A DNA stretch of 64,000 nt from a virus: IMG/VR virus record IMGVR_UViG_3300028030_000005, positions 1-64,000 of that record. One strand, given 5' to 3'. Below are positions 10,384 through 19,968 of this stretch, one piece after another. The position numbers and the translations under genes were made by a program. How positions within the stretch are numbered: the stretch's first letter is position 1; the number at the start of each line of letters is the position of its first letter. A model generated the notes under the pieces. That model was given only the letters and a program-made list of their open reading frames with translations. It was not told where the DNA came from and made no database searches.

Positions 10384-11239
10384 AACTCGCTTTGGCTTTG
10401 TTTATCAAAGTGATGCAAAAACTACGATGAATATCAAGTCCGTGCAGCTGTTTCAGTTTTTTCATCACGTCTCCGGATGTAAATGCTTGTCCATCGTCCA
10501 TAAACTTGTGCACGATTGCAATTACTTTTTGAGATTTACTTTGCGGATTTACCGGTTTTCTGCCAGAACTTGTTGATTTTTTAGCCGGTTTTTTAGCTGC
10601 TTTTTTGACAAGTTTTTTGTCTTTTTCGTCACTTTCTTTCTTGAAGTGATTTAGTGCTTCGCCAAGATTTTTGAATCCGTAGTCTGCTGCAAACTCTTTG
10701 TTGACGTGCTTGTAAATCTCTTTTTTATCTTTGAGATATCCATCCTCATCGGTTGAAACATAACCAAATCGTTGCATCACTTCGCGATGAATGCGTTGAT
10801 AAACGTTTCGAGCTGCTTTTTCATTTTTCAGTTTTTTGAACTGTTTTGGCTCTGATGGTTCCGGCATTTTTTCAGAAAATCCTGCGTGATTGGTTTTTGT
10901 GTACTTTGTGAGAAAGTCATCAACTAATTCAGGTTTTTGATTTCCATCTTTGTCGGTTAATTCAACGTACTCATCAACCAAATCGGTCTCAGGAACCAAT
11001 CTAACTTTATATTCAATGCCTTCAGCATCTTTATAAATCAGATTTTCATTAATACCTTTATTTTCGTCGATTGATTGTTGTTTCTCGGCGTGAGATTTCA
11101 ATATCAAATCAATCAACTGTTGTTTGTTTAACTGCGATACTCCTTTCGTGATGTTAAAACCTTTGAATAGGATAGTGCGTAGCGCAGCTTCATCTTTCTT
11201 TTGCAAGAATTCTTGCGTGTAGTTTACTAATAGGTCCAT
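10370..11239 (-). CDS. Hypothetical basic nucleic-acid-binding protein
   Basis: Rho-N-like N-terminus (VSQLNKQQLIDLIL), KKAAKKPAKK segment, HTH-like C-terminus. Confidence 0.5.
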   Translation of the reverse strand: MDLLVNYTQEFLQKKDEAALRTILFKGFNITKGVSQLNKQQLIDLILKSHAEKQQSIDENKGINENLIYKDAEGIEYKVRLVPETDLVDEYVELTDKDGNQKPELVDDFLTKYTKTNHAGFSEKMPEPSEPKQFKKLKNEKAARNVYQRIHREVMQRFGYVSTDEDGYLKDKKEIYKHVNKEFAADYGFKNLGEALNHFKKESDEKDKKLVKKAAKKPAKKSTSSGRKPVNPQSKSQKVIAIVHKFMDDGQAFTSGDVMKKLKQLHGLDIHRSFCITLINKAKASYDAE

Positions 11240-11251
11240 AATAGTGGGTTT

Positions 11252-11644
11252 TTATAATTCTTTTAATTTATACCAATATGGCAATACTTTTTCATTATAG
11301 TACTGCTCTAACTCGTCATAATCCTCGTCACACAACATTCCATCCTCAAAATAATACTCTGGAATCAAGTTATCTATACAAGCTAACGCTGTTAATGTTG
11401 AGTTGCTTGATTCTTTGTACGATATGTCTGGAGTTTGGCTGTATATCCAATCTTTGATGTCTTCATAGTTTTCGTCTTTTTTATAATTGTCGGACGTTTG
11501 TTTTCTCCACTCATCAAGAGTGATTTCTCCTCGATAAAATTTTTCAATGATTTGCAAATCGATTACTGTTCTATCGATTACCGCTTTTAATTCTTGTTTG
11601 AGTTGATTTCTTAACTCTTTTTTGTCTTGAACTGAAGTTGTCAT
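11252..11644 (-). CDS. Hypothetical protein (130 aa)
   Basis: ORF directly downstream of promoter repeat copy 2. Confidence 0.65.
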   Translation of the reverse strand: MTTSVQDKKELRNQLKQELKAVIDRTVIDLQIIEKFYRGEITLDEWRKQTSDNYKKDENYEDIKDWIYSQTPDISYKESSNSTLTALACIDNLIPEYYFEDGMLCDEDYDELEQYYNEKVLPYWYKLKEL

Positions 11645-11662
11645 AACTTTGGTTTTTTATTT

Positions 11663-11709
11663 GATTTCTACACTATAAAGATACCCTATAGTTATCTTTT
11701 ATGCAACAG
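11663..11709 (-). promoter_or_regulatory. 47-bp promoter/operator repeat, copy 2
   Basis: gatttctacactataaagataccctatagttatcttttatgcaacag. Confidence 0.8.
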
Positions 11710-11733
11710 TTTTGTCAAAAAATTTTTATTTTT

Positions 11734-14700
11734 TTAAAACACCTGATAAACCGGTCCATCAATGCGGTCAGTCAAGATAATTTCATTGCGATTCGTGTAG
11801 TCTGACCATTGCATTTGTCCTCTGAAAACAACCAATCTACTCTTATTCTCTGATAAAAACGACTTCAATCCTTTGAATCTTTCATCAAATAATTCGTCAT
11901 CTGGATTCAATTGCTGTGGCCATACTCTAACCATAAAATCGTATTCATCTTGAATTATTTTTATCACTGCATAATCGCGCTTATCTTTGGTTTGACGAAT
12001 CACAGCTTCTTGAATCGTTCCTGCGACCATCACTTTTACTCTTTTCCCGGGTGGTAGTGGGTGTGATATTTCCTCGCTTGAAATGTATTCATCTGAATAC
12101 TTTGCGAATTGCGATTGATTGAACAACTTATAATAGTCAAGATTGCTCAATTTACTTATCTCTGATTGACGAATTGACCAGTAGTGGTCGATATTTTGAT
12201 TGTCTCGATATTCTTTTGGAATTTCATCTTTACGATATTCAAAGAATTCTTTCAATATACCATATCGCTCACTCGGCAATTTCACTTTGTACAGTTCATC
12301 GAAACATCCTGATAGCACTAAGTGTTCAACAGTACGTTTATTGACTGCCCTACTCGGAATTCTTTCTGCGAATTCTGTTATTGAAAAGAATCTACCATTT
12401 TCATTACGTTCATCGATAATTGTTTGTGCTGCTACGTCTCCGACGTATTTAATCTGACTAAGGTTCCAGTAAATTTTAAACTGTTTATGGTCAGAATAAA
12501 ATCTTAGTCCTGATTTATTAATGTCCGGAGATACAATTTGTATATGTCCCATTCTTTTTATCTCAGAGACAAAATCTTGAATCTTTTCGGTTTTTGCATA
12601 TTGAAATGCAACTGTCCAGAATTCGAGTGGATAGTAATGTTTTAACCAATTACATTGGTATCCAATTGTACTATAAGCTGCTGCGTGTGATTTATTGAAT
12701 CCGTATCCTGCGAATACCTCCATTTTATTCCAAATCTGATGTGCTTCGGCAACAGGACATCCTTTCTTAATCGCTTCGCTAACAAATTGCTCTTTGTACG
12801 CATCCATTTTATCTTTGATTTTCTTACCCATTGCCTTACGAACTCCATCTGCTTCGGCAAGCGAAAATCCTCCTAAAATTTGCGCGGCTTTCATAATCTG
12901 TTCCTGATATATGTACAATCCATACGTATCTTTTGTCACTTCCTCCAACATATAATCGTAATGTGGTTGAAGTTCTCCTCTTTTTAACTTTACGTAATCT
13001 GTGTGTGCATTTGATGCCATTGCTCCAGGTCGATATAGTGCAATTGATGCTACTAACTCGTCAATGTTTTCTGGTTGCACTTCTTTTAGATAATTTGTCA
13101 GTCCAACAGAACCGAAGTGAAACACATCTTGATTTAGTCCTTTCTTGAACAAGTCGAACACATTTTTGTCATCAATGTCTATATTGTCGAGATTTGGACG
13201 TACTCCTGTTCGAGACTCAATCATATCTAACATTGCGCCAAACTTAGCCATCTGTTTGGTTGATAGGATATCCTCTTTTAAAAATCCTGCTGACGCCATA
13301 ATATCTCCCTCCCATTCACTAATCAACATTCCGTTTTCATCTTTTCTTACAGGGATTTGTTCAAAAATGTCAAGTACACGTCCATTTTCATCTTTTGTTT
13401 TTGGCACTATGATAGTCGCACACGCGTGCATTGATGCTGATTTTATCGCGTTTAATGCAATTTTAGAATCGTTTATGATGTGTGGATTATCTTTGATGAA
13501 TTTCTTTAATAACGGCTGTTTTACTGCGTCTTTGAATAGCGGTTGCCAATGTTCGTTGTCCTCACTAACTAATTTTGTAACGAAGTTCATATTGTAACGC
13601 TCTCCTTGCGTTCCGTATGCTCTCGCTAATTCTTTTACCACACCTCTCATCTGAAGCGTTCCGTAAGTTCCTACTCGACAAACGAAATCGTGTCCGTATC
13701 GAGTTTTCATATAATCAATCACACGGTCTCTCTTATCACTCGCAAAATCGATATCAATGTCAGGTAACTCGTGTTTAATACGCGATTCGTTGAGAAATCG
13801 CTCGAATATAAGGTCAAATCTTAACGGATTAATTCTAACAATCCCGAGCAAATAACTAACCAAACTTCCTGCTGCCGAACCCCTACCAGGACCTACTTGG
13901 ATTTTATTTTTATCACAGTAATTAACGATATCCCACAATATTAAGAAGTAGTCGACGAATTTACCTTTCTTTATAACAGACACCTCACGGTCAATTCTAT
14001 CGTGAATTTGTTGAAGTTGGTCGGTAGTTGCATTTGGAAACCTTTGTTTGATTCCTTGCTTGATTAACGAGTCAAACATATTTTCCGTCGTTCCATACGT
14101 TCTTTTCTCAATTGACGTCATCTCGTACACAGGCAAGTGTAGTTTCGATGTTTCTATTTCAAAGGTAGTGTCATCAATCACTTGTTGGATTGATTGCATT
14201 GAATCTATGAATAATTGCTCTAATCGCTCGTCATCATCACGAAATAGCGGTGCCAATTCTAAGAACAACTCATCTAAACTACGCAGATAATGATTGGTTG
14301 TGCTGTGAGTGAATTGAGCTTTGCCCTGCTTATTCAGTACACTTTTGATATGAACATCTGATTTATCGATTACATACGCATCGCTAATCAGTATTGGTGG
14401 TAATAAATCTCTCTGATTTTCGAGATATCTTTTGATTGATAATAATATTTCTTTGTCTTTGAGATTATCACGAAACTGATTGGTTGTTATTTGGAAGTAG
14501 CAATGTTTAAAATTACGTGTGAATTTTTGTATGAATTGAGATGTTGTGTGTGCTGAAGGCGGAATCACTACTATCAATCCATCACTCAACTCAAACAATT
14601 GTTGTTCTGTAATGTACTTATCTTGGTCAATATTGATAAGTTTGTTTATTTTTAATAAATTGCGCCATCCATCTGAATTCTGTACAAGTAACTTTACTTC

Positions 14701-15264
14701 CAGAAGGTCGTTAACTCCTTTAAATTCGACGTCGACAGTATATCCGAGAACAGACTTAATGTCGTTTTTTTTACAAGCAATCTGAAATGGTAACGTTCCT
14801 GCCAATGTATGTTTCTCTACAATCGCTAATGACTGGTACTTTAAGAACTTAGCCTTAGCAATCCAATCTTTATAATCTCTGGTTCCACTCATCATCTCAT
14901 ATCGTCCGTGTATTCCAAAGAATCCTCGACCGAATTCAGGAATCATACTGTCGTCGTATTCTCCTATATATTTCAATGGTTTCAGTTCTACATCAATCAT
15001 TTTTGCAGGAGTTGTGTAGTAAAAGTGTCCACCAAAATTATATATAATGTAGTCGATTTGCTGTCTCAATATAGATGTGGTTACTTTTTCATCAATATTA
15101 AGAGTTAGTAATCCATCTGACGTCAATAATGTTGGACGCATATTTTTGGGTTGCAGCTCAATCGCTACTCCGAATTTATCTATATGAACGGTTCCGTTGT
15201 GTAAGTCGTCGTAAACTATATAATTATCTGCGAGCCATTGCTCGAGTTTTTTAGTAATTGCCAT
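11734..15264 (-). CDS. dnaE: DNA polymerase III alpha subunit (family C)
   Basis: GPGRGSAAGSLVSY, FERFLN, PDIDIDF, YQEQIM, GYGFNKSHAAAY and PDINKS. Confidence 0.97.
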   Translation of the reverse strand: MAITKKLEQWLADNYIVYDDLHNGTVHIDKFGVAIELQPKNMRPTLLTSDGLLTLNIDEKVTTSILRQQIDYIIYNFGGHFYYTTPAKMIDVELKPLKYIGEYDDSMIPEFGRGFFGIHGRYEMMSGTRDYKDWIAKAKFLKYQSLAIVEKHTLAGTLPFQIACKKNDIKSVLGYTVDVEFKGVNDLLEVKLLVQNSDGWRNLLKINKLINIDQDKYITEQQLFELSDGLIVVIPPSAHTTSQFIQKFTRNFKHCYFQITTNQFRDNLKDKEILLSIKRYLENQRDLLPPILISDAYVIDKSDVHIKSVLNKQGKAQFTHSTTNHYLRSLDELFLELAPLFRDDDERLEQLFIDSMQSIQQVIDDTTFEIETSKLHLPVYEMTSIEKRTYGTTENMFDSLIKQGIKQRFPNATTDQLQQIHDRIDREVSVIKKGKFVDYFLILWDIVNYCDKNKIQVGPGRGSAAGSLVSYLLGIVRINPLRFDLIFERFLNESRIKHELPDIDIDFASDKRDRVIDYMKTRYGHDFVCRVGTYGTLQMRGVVKELARAYGTQGERYNMNFVTKLVSEDNEHWQPLFKDAVKQPLLKKFIKDNPHIINDSKIALNAIKSASMHACATIIVPKTKDENGRVLDIFEQIPVRKDENGMLISEWEGDIMASAGFLKEDILSTKQMAKFGAMLDMIESRTGVRPNLDNIDIDDKNVFDLFKKGLNQDVFHFGSVGLTNYLKEVQPENIDELVASIALYRPGAMASNAHTDYVKLKRGELQPHYDYMLEEVTKDTYGLYIYQEQIMKAAQILGGFSLAEADGVRKAMGKKIKDKMDAYKEQFVSEAIKKGCPVAEAHQIWNKMEVFAGYGFNKSHAAAYSTIGYQCNWLKHYYPLEFWTVAFQYAKTEKIQDFVSEIKRMGHIQIVSPDINKSGLRFYSDHKQFKIYWNLSQIKYVGDVAAQTIIDERNENGRFFSITEFAERIPSRAVNKRTVEHLVLSGCFDELYKVKLPSERYGILKEFFEYRKDEIPKEYRDNQNIDHYWSIRQSEISKLSNLDYYKLFNQSQFAKYSDEYISSEEISHPLPPGKRVKVMVAGTIQEAVIRQTKDKRDYAVIKIIQDEYDFMVRVWPQQLNPDDELFDERFKGLKSFLSENKSRLVVFRGQMQWSDYTNRNEIILTDRIDGPVYQVF

Positions 15265-15892
15265 AGGTTATTATCTTTCTGTTTGAAATTATGTCAAATA
15301 TTTCGCTGAATAGTAGGTATCTAACAAGTAATCCACGAACGTGGTCTTTATCACCATAAAAATAATCTAATCTCCAGCGCCGAGAAGTTACGTAATGTTC
15401 AGGAAAGTTGTCGAGCAAGTCCGTTGATTTATATCTACAAAAACATACTGTTGTTGAGTAGTCTGCAATGCCATCGACTGCTCTAATCTCTGATACGTCT
15501 AACACCAATCCGACGTCGTCGTAAAACTTAATTCCTCTCGGACTTAGTTGATAATTTAAGTCAGGATGTAGTTTTAGCACTTTGTTTGCAAACTCAATTA
15601 CTATTTTTTTATCCGTTTCTGCATATAATGGAATCAGTCGATGTCCTATTCTATCGTAATGGACGTCAGATGACTTTAATAATTGAAGCACATCTCGAGT
15701 CAGTACTGATTCGACATCAACATCACTATAAATTGTACTTAATTCTAACAACGTTACAATGTCAGAGTCGTCGACGACTAAATCGATAGCATCATTTTGT
15801 CTCAAAAAGTCTAACAACTCTGCCTTCGCTGATTGAAGTGATTTTGGTCTAATTTTCGTTATTTTGAATACTGCATCAAATACTGGCTTCAT
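15251..15892 (-). CDS. Hypothetical protein (213 aa)
   Basis: ORF track; coupled to dnaE. Confidence 0.65.
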   Translation of the reverse strand: MKPVFDAVFKITKIRPKSLQSAKAELLDFLRQNDAIDLVVDDSDIVTLLELSTIYSDVDVESVLTRDVLQLLKSSDVHYDRIGHRLIPLYAETDKKIVIEFANKVLKLHPDLNYQLSPRGIKFYDDVGLVLDVSEIRAVDGIADYSTTVCFCRYKSTDLLDNFPEHYVTSRRWRLDYFYGDKDHVRGLLVRYLLFSEIFDIISNRKIITYGNY

Positions 15893-16377
15893 TATTTCGT
15901 CATATTTTTAACAAATGTTGAGTAGTTTGATTCTGCTGTTTGTTCGTCTTTTATTCGCTTCAGTAACCGAGCGACGTATCCGCTGTTTGTTCCTATTTTT
16001 CGTGCAATTGCGGTTGGAGACGTTTCTCCACGACGAACAAAATCTTTGACTTGTTCGTATCTACTTTTACCACCCTTCGCTTTGCTATGTTTTTTCGGCC
16101 TATTTGGTGGTATTGGCAGTTTTTCGTCAACTACGTAATAGCGAATTTTACTGTACGTTTCGCCAGACGAATCCGGCCAGTTTTTCAAATACTGCGATTT
16201 CGACAACATTATGGCGTCGTGTACCATATCCTGAGTAATTTTCTCATCTATATCAGGAATAACTATTACAGTTGCTCCTGATACTCCTGAAGGTTGTTTG
16301 AAAAATAGCGTTACGTCGTTGTTGTCTGATACCATAAACTCTCGTTGTTGAATAATGTACTTAACGTCTAATACCAT
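15892..16377 (-). CDS. Hypothetical protein with a C-terminal HTH
   Basis: SPTAIARKIGTNSGYVARLLK; first gene after promoter repeat copy 3. Confidence 0.6.
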   Translation of the reverse strand: MVLDVKYIIQQREFMVSDNNDVTLFFKQPSGVSGATVIVIPDIDEKITQDMVHDAIMLSKSQYLKNWPDSSGETYSKIRYYVVDEKLPIPPNRPKKHSKAKGGKSRYEQVKDFVRRGETSPTAIARKIGTNSGYVARLLKRIKDEQTAESNYSTFVKNMTK

Positions 16378-16391
16378 AATAAATTGTTTTT

Positions 16392-16438
16392 GATTTCTAC
16401 ATCTTAAAAATACTAAATGTTTATCTTTTAAACAACAG
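16392..16438 (-). promoter_or_regulatory. 47-bp promoter/operator repeat, copy 3
   Basis: gatttctacatcttaaaaatactaaatgtttatcttttaaacaacag; overlaps the end of the DpdA-like gene. Confidence 0.75.
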
Positions 16439-17219
16439 ACTGTCTTAGAAAATCAATGTTGTTTTCAAAAGTAGTGGTGACTTGTAGTAACTTGTCAGAT
16501 TCGATTTTTCTTTCAAAATAGTTTTTTGGAGTCGGAATCCGTCGGAATCGTCCTTTAGTCCAGTCGATATCGTTCATTGCACTCCAAACTGAATTTGCAC
16601 TGTCAGAACTTCGAATGTACTTACTATACTCATCTTGTTGATAGTATGCATATTCGCGCGGGTCACCCATTCCGAGTAAGTGAAGTGGTTTTTGAAGTTT
16701 TCCATTTGCCTTCAACATATTGAATGCTATGTGTCGTGCTTCTTTGATGAATGTATCGTTTTCTTTATCTAACAACGCTTTTGGTACTGCGATTTTTGAT
16801 AGTCCTATTGTTTTAATCCACGGCTGTTCCAATCCCCATAAATAAGATTCAAACCAGTCGTCAGCAGTCTCTCCTTGTGGACAGAACAAAATTTCGATTT
16901 TATCATCCAATCCGGCTTTCTGCATTCTTTTATAGAATTTTTCTGCATTCTTTTTTGTTGTTTTTGCATCAAACAATACGTCTGGTGGAATCACTTCATT
17001 CGGCATTAATTCTGACATCACGTCAAATAAAATGTCCTCAGTAACTAATGAATGGTCTCCAGCGCCATTGTCGAGAGTAACCCACGCATTGGTAGGTAGT
17101 CGTTTAAAGAAATCACTATACTCTTTTGATTCTACATATAATTGAGCGAGACAAAAGTATCTATCTCCACTATGCATTAAACTCAAATGCTCTATTGGCG
17201 GTATTACGTAAAAATCCAT
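16428..17219 (-). CDS. dpdA: Divergent tRNA-guanine-transglycosylase-like protein (DpdA family, DpdA3-like)
   Basis: TGT-barrel motifs LDNGA, IPPD, PQG, HLLG and RSSDS; near folE/queD/queE. Likely start MDFYVIPP at 17219 (ORF track gives 17276). Confidence 0.75.
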   Translation of the reverse strand: MDFYVIPPIEHLSLMHSGDRYFCLAQLYVESKEYSDFFKRLPTNAWVTLDNGAGDHSLVTEDILFDVMSELMPNEVIPPDVLFDAKTTKKNAEKFYKRMQKAGLDDKIEILFCPQGETADDWFESYLWGLEQPWIKTIGLSKIAVPKALLDKENDTFIKEARHIAFNMLKANGKLQKPLHLLGMGDPREYAYYQQDEYSKYIRSSDSANSVWSAMNDIDWTKGRFRRIPTPKNYFERKIESDKLLQVTTTFENNIDFLRQSVV

Positions 17220-17673
17220 ATGTTTTGTTTTTAAATGTTCTACAATGTGGTCCCATTCCGTATTGAATAGATTCAATGTCCGTTAGTTTTCTGCCGCACT
17301 TTATACATTTTCCAGTATGATGATATTCTCCTACCTTCAACATTGCAGAAATATCATTTTCTACAATTTTCTTTAACAACCATACTGCACCTTGAACATA
17401 TTCACTTTGCGAATTTTGAAATTTTTTAAATCTCTTAACGATACGACTTTTTGTATTGTACAAAGCACATTGAGTGTATGAATCGTATCCTATTTCGTAT
17501 CCAACAAATACTGTGTATCCCCAATCATCGCTCTTGACTGATTTCAATTGAAATGTTATGTCTTTACCAGTTCTTTTCGACTTCACAACAATTGTTGACT
17601 TGATTTTCTTTTCAGCTTTGATGTATTGACTCAGTTTAGATAGTGCCGAAGGATTGATTACAGTGTTTTTCAT
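17170..17673 (-). CDS. DUF6011-domain protein
   Basis: C-terminal GKCIKCGRKLTDIESIQYGMGPHC zinc motif. Confidence 0.8.
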   Translation of the reverse strand: MKNTVINPSALSKLSQYIKAEKKIKSTIVVKSKRTGKDITFQLKSVKSDDWGYTVFVGYEIGYDSYTQCALYNTKSRIVKRFKKFQNSQSEYVQGAVWLLKKIVENDISAMLKVGEYHHTGKCIKCGRKLTDIESIQYGMGPHCRTFKNKTYGFLRNTANRAFEFNA

Positions 17674-17689
17674 TTTCTCGATTTTTATT

Positions 17690-17736
17690 GATTTCTACAC
17701 TGTAAAGATACACAATTCATATCTTTTAGACAACAG
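17690..17736 (-). promoter_or_regulatory. 47-bp promoter/operator repeat, copy 4
   Basis: gatttctacactgtaaagatacacaattcatatcttttagacaacag. Confidence 0.8.
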
Positions 17737-18126
17737 TTATGTTAATTGATTGTATTTTTTTATTGATGATGCAACTTGTCGAAAGCTATTCGAGCGTTGA
17801 TATAGACTATCGACAAACGCTTGTAGTTTATCAAAGTCTTTTGTTTTGAAATATCCTTTACTATCAGCTATCAGATTGTCAACTAATCCATTGACACGAA
17901 TGTGATGAATCAATTTTCGCATTCGTGGACCGTTGACTTTAGCAATCTTTTTACCGTTTTTAATTCCCTTATTTGCAAGGAACGTGTTAGTCGCTCTTAT
18001 CATTTGCTTCATTGTGATGTATTCATCATAAGAGCGACGTTGCCACGCTTTAACAATAATTGGCAGAATTTGTTGTTTTTCAAATTCTGTTAACTCATTT
18101 GTGTAGGGTTCAAATGTTTTTACCAT
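17737..18126 (-). CDS. Hypothetical winged-helix-like protein
   Basis: PRMRKLIHHIRVNGL...IADSKGYF pattern. Confidence 0.55.
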   Translation of the reverse strand: MVKTFEPYTNELTEFEKQQILPIIVKAWQRRSYDEYITMKQMIRATNTFLANKGIKNGKKIAKVNGPRMRKLIHHIRVNGLVDNLIADSKGYFKTKDFDKLQAFVDSLYQRSNSFRQVASSIKKYNQLT

Positions 18127-19223
18127 TATTCATAATCTCTAATTGCAACTACTACCGGAAATCTTGGCTTTCCGTCTGGAGTCCAATTTTGGAATCTTAC
18201 GGTAGCTTGCTTCCCGATATAAATGTCTTTGTTTCTCAATAATTCTTTCCAATAAGCGTGCGAACCTCGTGCATTTGCATCAAATCCGTCGAATTTAATG
18301 CGTCCCATCATTCCGCTACGATTTCCTGTACCCTCCTCAATATCAATAATCGTGAATTCTTGGTCGATGAATTCCTTTCTTTTTAATAGATTTCTGCTAC
18401 GACCATTTTTGTACTCACTATTTGATATTCGGATTATTTGTCCCTCGTATCCTTGTTCAAGGTATTGTTGATATAATTTATCTAACAGTGCACTTGTTTT
18501 GTTGGCCAGAAAGATGGTTTTCACTAACACAACCTTTCTCTGTGGAAATGCAAAGAGCTCTATCAGCGACTGATATCTCATAGCAAAACTTCCTGGAGCA
18601 TCGATATCATATACGTGATATTGTATCAAACTCTCTGCAAGTTCGATATCTTTTTCTGTTGGCTTTTGTTTGCGAACGATTGATGTTATTTTATTGAAAT
18701 CATCTTTGAGTTCGTGATTATATAATTCACCGTCAAGATAATAATTTTCAGGTAATCCTTCGAGAATTTTCTTGACTTCTTGTTCAATGTGCGGCACTGC
18801 TACAATTCGCTTTCCTTTGCGAGTGAATAATCCGTTTTTTGTACCTATACAACGGATTCCGTCCAATTTTGGCTGACTTGCTAATGGCTCATCATCACTC
18901 ACCTTACTTTCATAATCTCGCCACTTATGCGCTAACATAGGGTCTATTATGTGGACGTCGTCGATGAAATCAATGTGCGGAGTGTATCCTCGCTCTTGTT
19001 TCTTTTTCCATTTTGAAGTCGCTTCACGAACAGCTTGTTGTTTTGCAGTAACTTCATTCGACTTTCCTACATTTTTTGCAGTACAAACGGTCCATTTCGA
19101 AGTTGTTATCTGTCCATTGACGTATCCTTCGTGAGTACGATACTTATCGTCTCGCACTTCAATTGTCCATTGTTGAATTTTGCCGTTTTTTGCTCTTTTG
19201 TATAGTGTTTTCATATTAGTCAT
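18126..19223 (-). CDS. lig: ATP-dependent DNA ligase
   Basis: QPKLDGIRC (motif I), LDGELY, YHVYD, YEGQIIR, LLKRK and PRFP. Confidence 0.95.
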   Translation of the reverse strand: MTNMKTLYKRAKNGKIQQWTIEVRDDKYRTHEGYVNGQITTSKWTVCTAKNVGKSNEVTAKQQAVREATSKWKKKQERGYTPHIDFIDDVHIIDPMLAHKWRDYESKVSDDEPLASQPKLDGIRCIGTKNGLFTRKGKRIVAVPHIEQEVKKILEGLPENYYLDGELYNHELKDDFNKITSIVRKQKPTEKDIELAESLIQYHVYDIDAPGSFAMRYQSLIELFAFPQRKVVLVKTIFLANKTSALLDKLYQQYLEQGYEGQIIRISNSEYKNGRSRNLLKRKEFIDQEFTIIDIEEGTGNRSGMMGRIKFDGFDANARGSHAYWKELLRNKDIYIGKQATVRFQNWTPDGKPRFPVVVAIRDYE

Positions 19224-19500
19224 TGATTAAGAGTAGATTGTAAAGTCCGCACGTAGAGACGTATCGATATCCTGCGATGTCGCCACCACTCGTAGTGTCG
19301 ATTTTTGTACGAGTAAATGTTGCCGACTTTCCTGTTTTAAAATTTTTAATCTCTATAAGATGAGTTGGAACGACATCTCTCAACATCGATAATTCTTGAA
19401 CGAAGGTCGATGTTTCAGAATACCAACTAAATGCTTTGATATCGATTACTTGTCGATTTATGTCGTAAACGTCGTTTTCTAATATTGATAGTGCTGGCAT
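19216..19500 (-). CDS. Hypothetical protein
   Basis: ORF track 19216..19518; the ATG at 19500 (MPALS), right after the upstream stop, is the likelier start. Confidence 0.55.
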   Translation of the reverse strand: MPALSILENDVYDINRQVIDIKAFSWYSETSTFVQELSMLRDVVPTHLIEIKNFKTGKSATFTRTKIDTTSGGDIAGYRYVSTCGLYNLLLIND

Positions 19501-19501
19501 A

Positions 19502-19681
19502 TTATTGGTTTTTAGCAATTCTCATATCTCTAAACACCTCACCACGTAAGAGTCCGTGCTCTGCTCGAAATTGGTCAATCTTTTGGCTTAGACGAGTATT
19601 AAATTCTCTAACAGTGATTTCTTTACGAGTACATTTTTTCAATTGCTCGTTTTCGTACTTGATTAAATCTTGAATTGTCAT
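19502..19681 (-). CDS. Small hypothetical protein (59 aa, below the ORF-track cutoff)
   Basis: MTIQDLIKYENEQ...RIAKNQ read by hand; first ATG after promoter repeat copy 5. Confidence 0.6.
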   Translation of the reverse strand: MTIQDLIKYENEQLKKCTRKEITVREFNTRLSQKIDQFRAEHGLLRGEVFRDMRIAKNQ

Positions 19682-19698
19682 AACTATTGGTTTTTATT

Positions 19699-19745
19699 GA
19701 TTTCTACACCATAAAGATACTCAATAGTTATCTTTTATGCAACAG
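19699..19745 (-). promoter_or_regulatory. 47-bp promoter/operator repeat, copy 5
   Basis: gatttctacaccataaagatactcaatagttatcttttatgcaacag. Confidence 0.8.
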
Positions 19746-19968
19746 TTTTTCGAATTATTTTAAAAATTTTTTCAACATCTGTTAATTTAACACTGCCGTT
19801 GTGATATTGCAGGGCGATAACAAACCCGTGCTCAGACTGAAATTTCTGTCGCACGGGTCGATTACACACACTAACTAAATAAATCCACGGATAATTATTG
19901 ACAAACTTGAGATGAATTCCGATAGATTTTAATCTATTATAAAGTACGTCAAGTTCATTCACGCTCAA
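19735..19968 (-). CDS. Hypothetical protein (77 aa)
   Basis: ORF track; NYPWIYL motif. Confidence 0.6.
   Translation of the reverse strand: MSVNELDVLYNRLKSIGIHLKFVNNYPWIYLVSVCNRPVRQKFQSEHGFVIALQYHNGSVKLTDVEKIFKIIRKTVA

Noticed and set aside
2028-19745. The 47-bp repeat as a CRISPR repeat or Cas12a-handle mimic (ATTTCTAC...; GTTG...TATCTTT as in type II-C repeats)
   Set aside because: Copies are dispersed kilobases apart, each directly upstream of an ATG. There are no spacers or cas genes, and the UCUAC/GUAGA stem is not formed. The likeness to II-C repeats is explained by the shared Bacteroidota promoter consensus.
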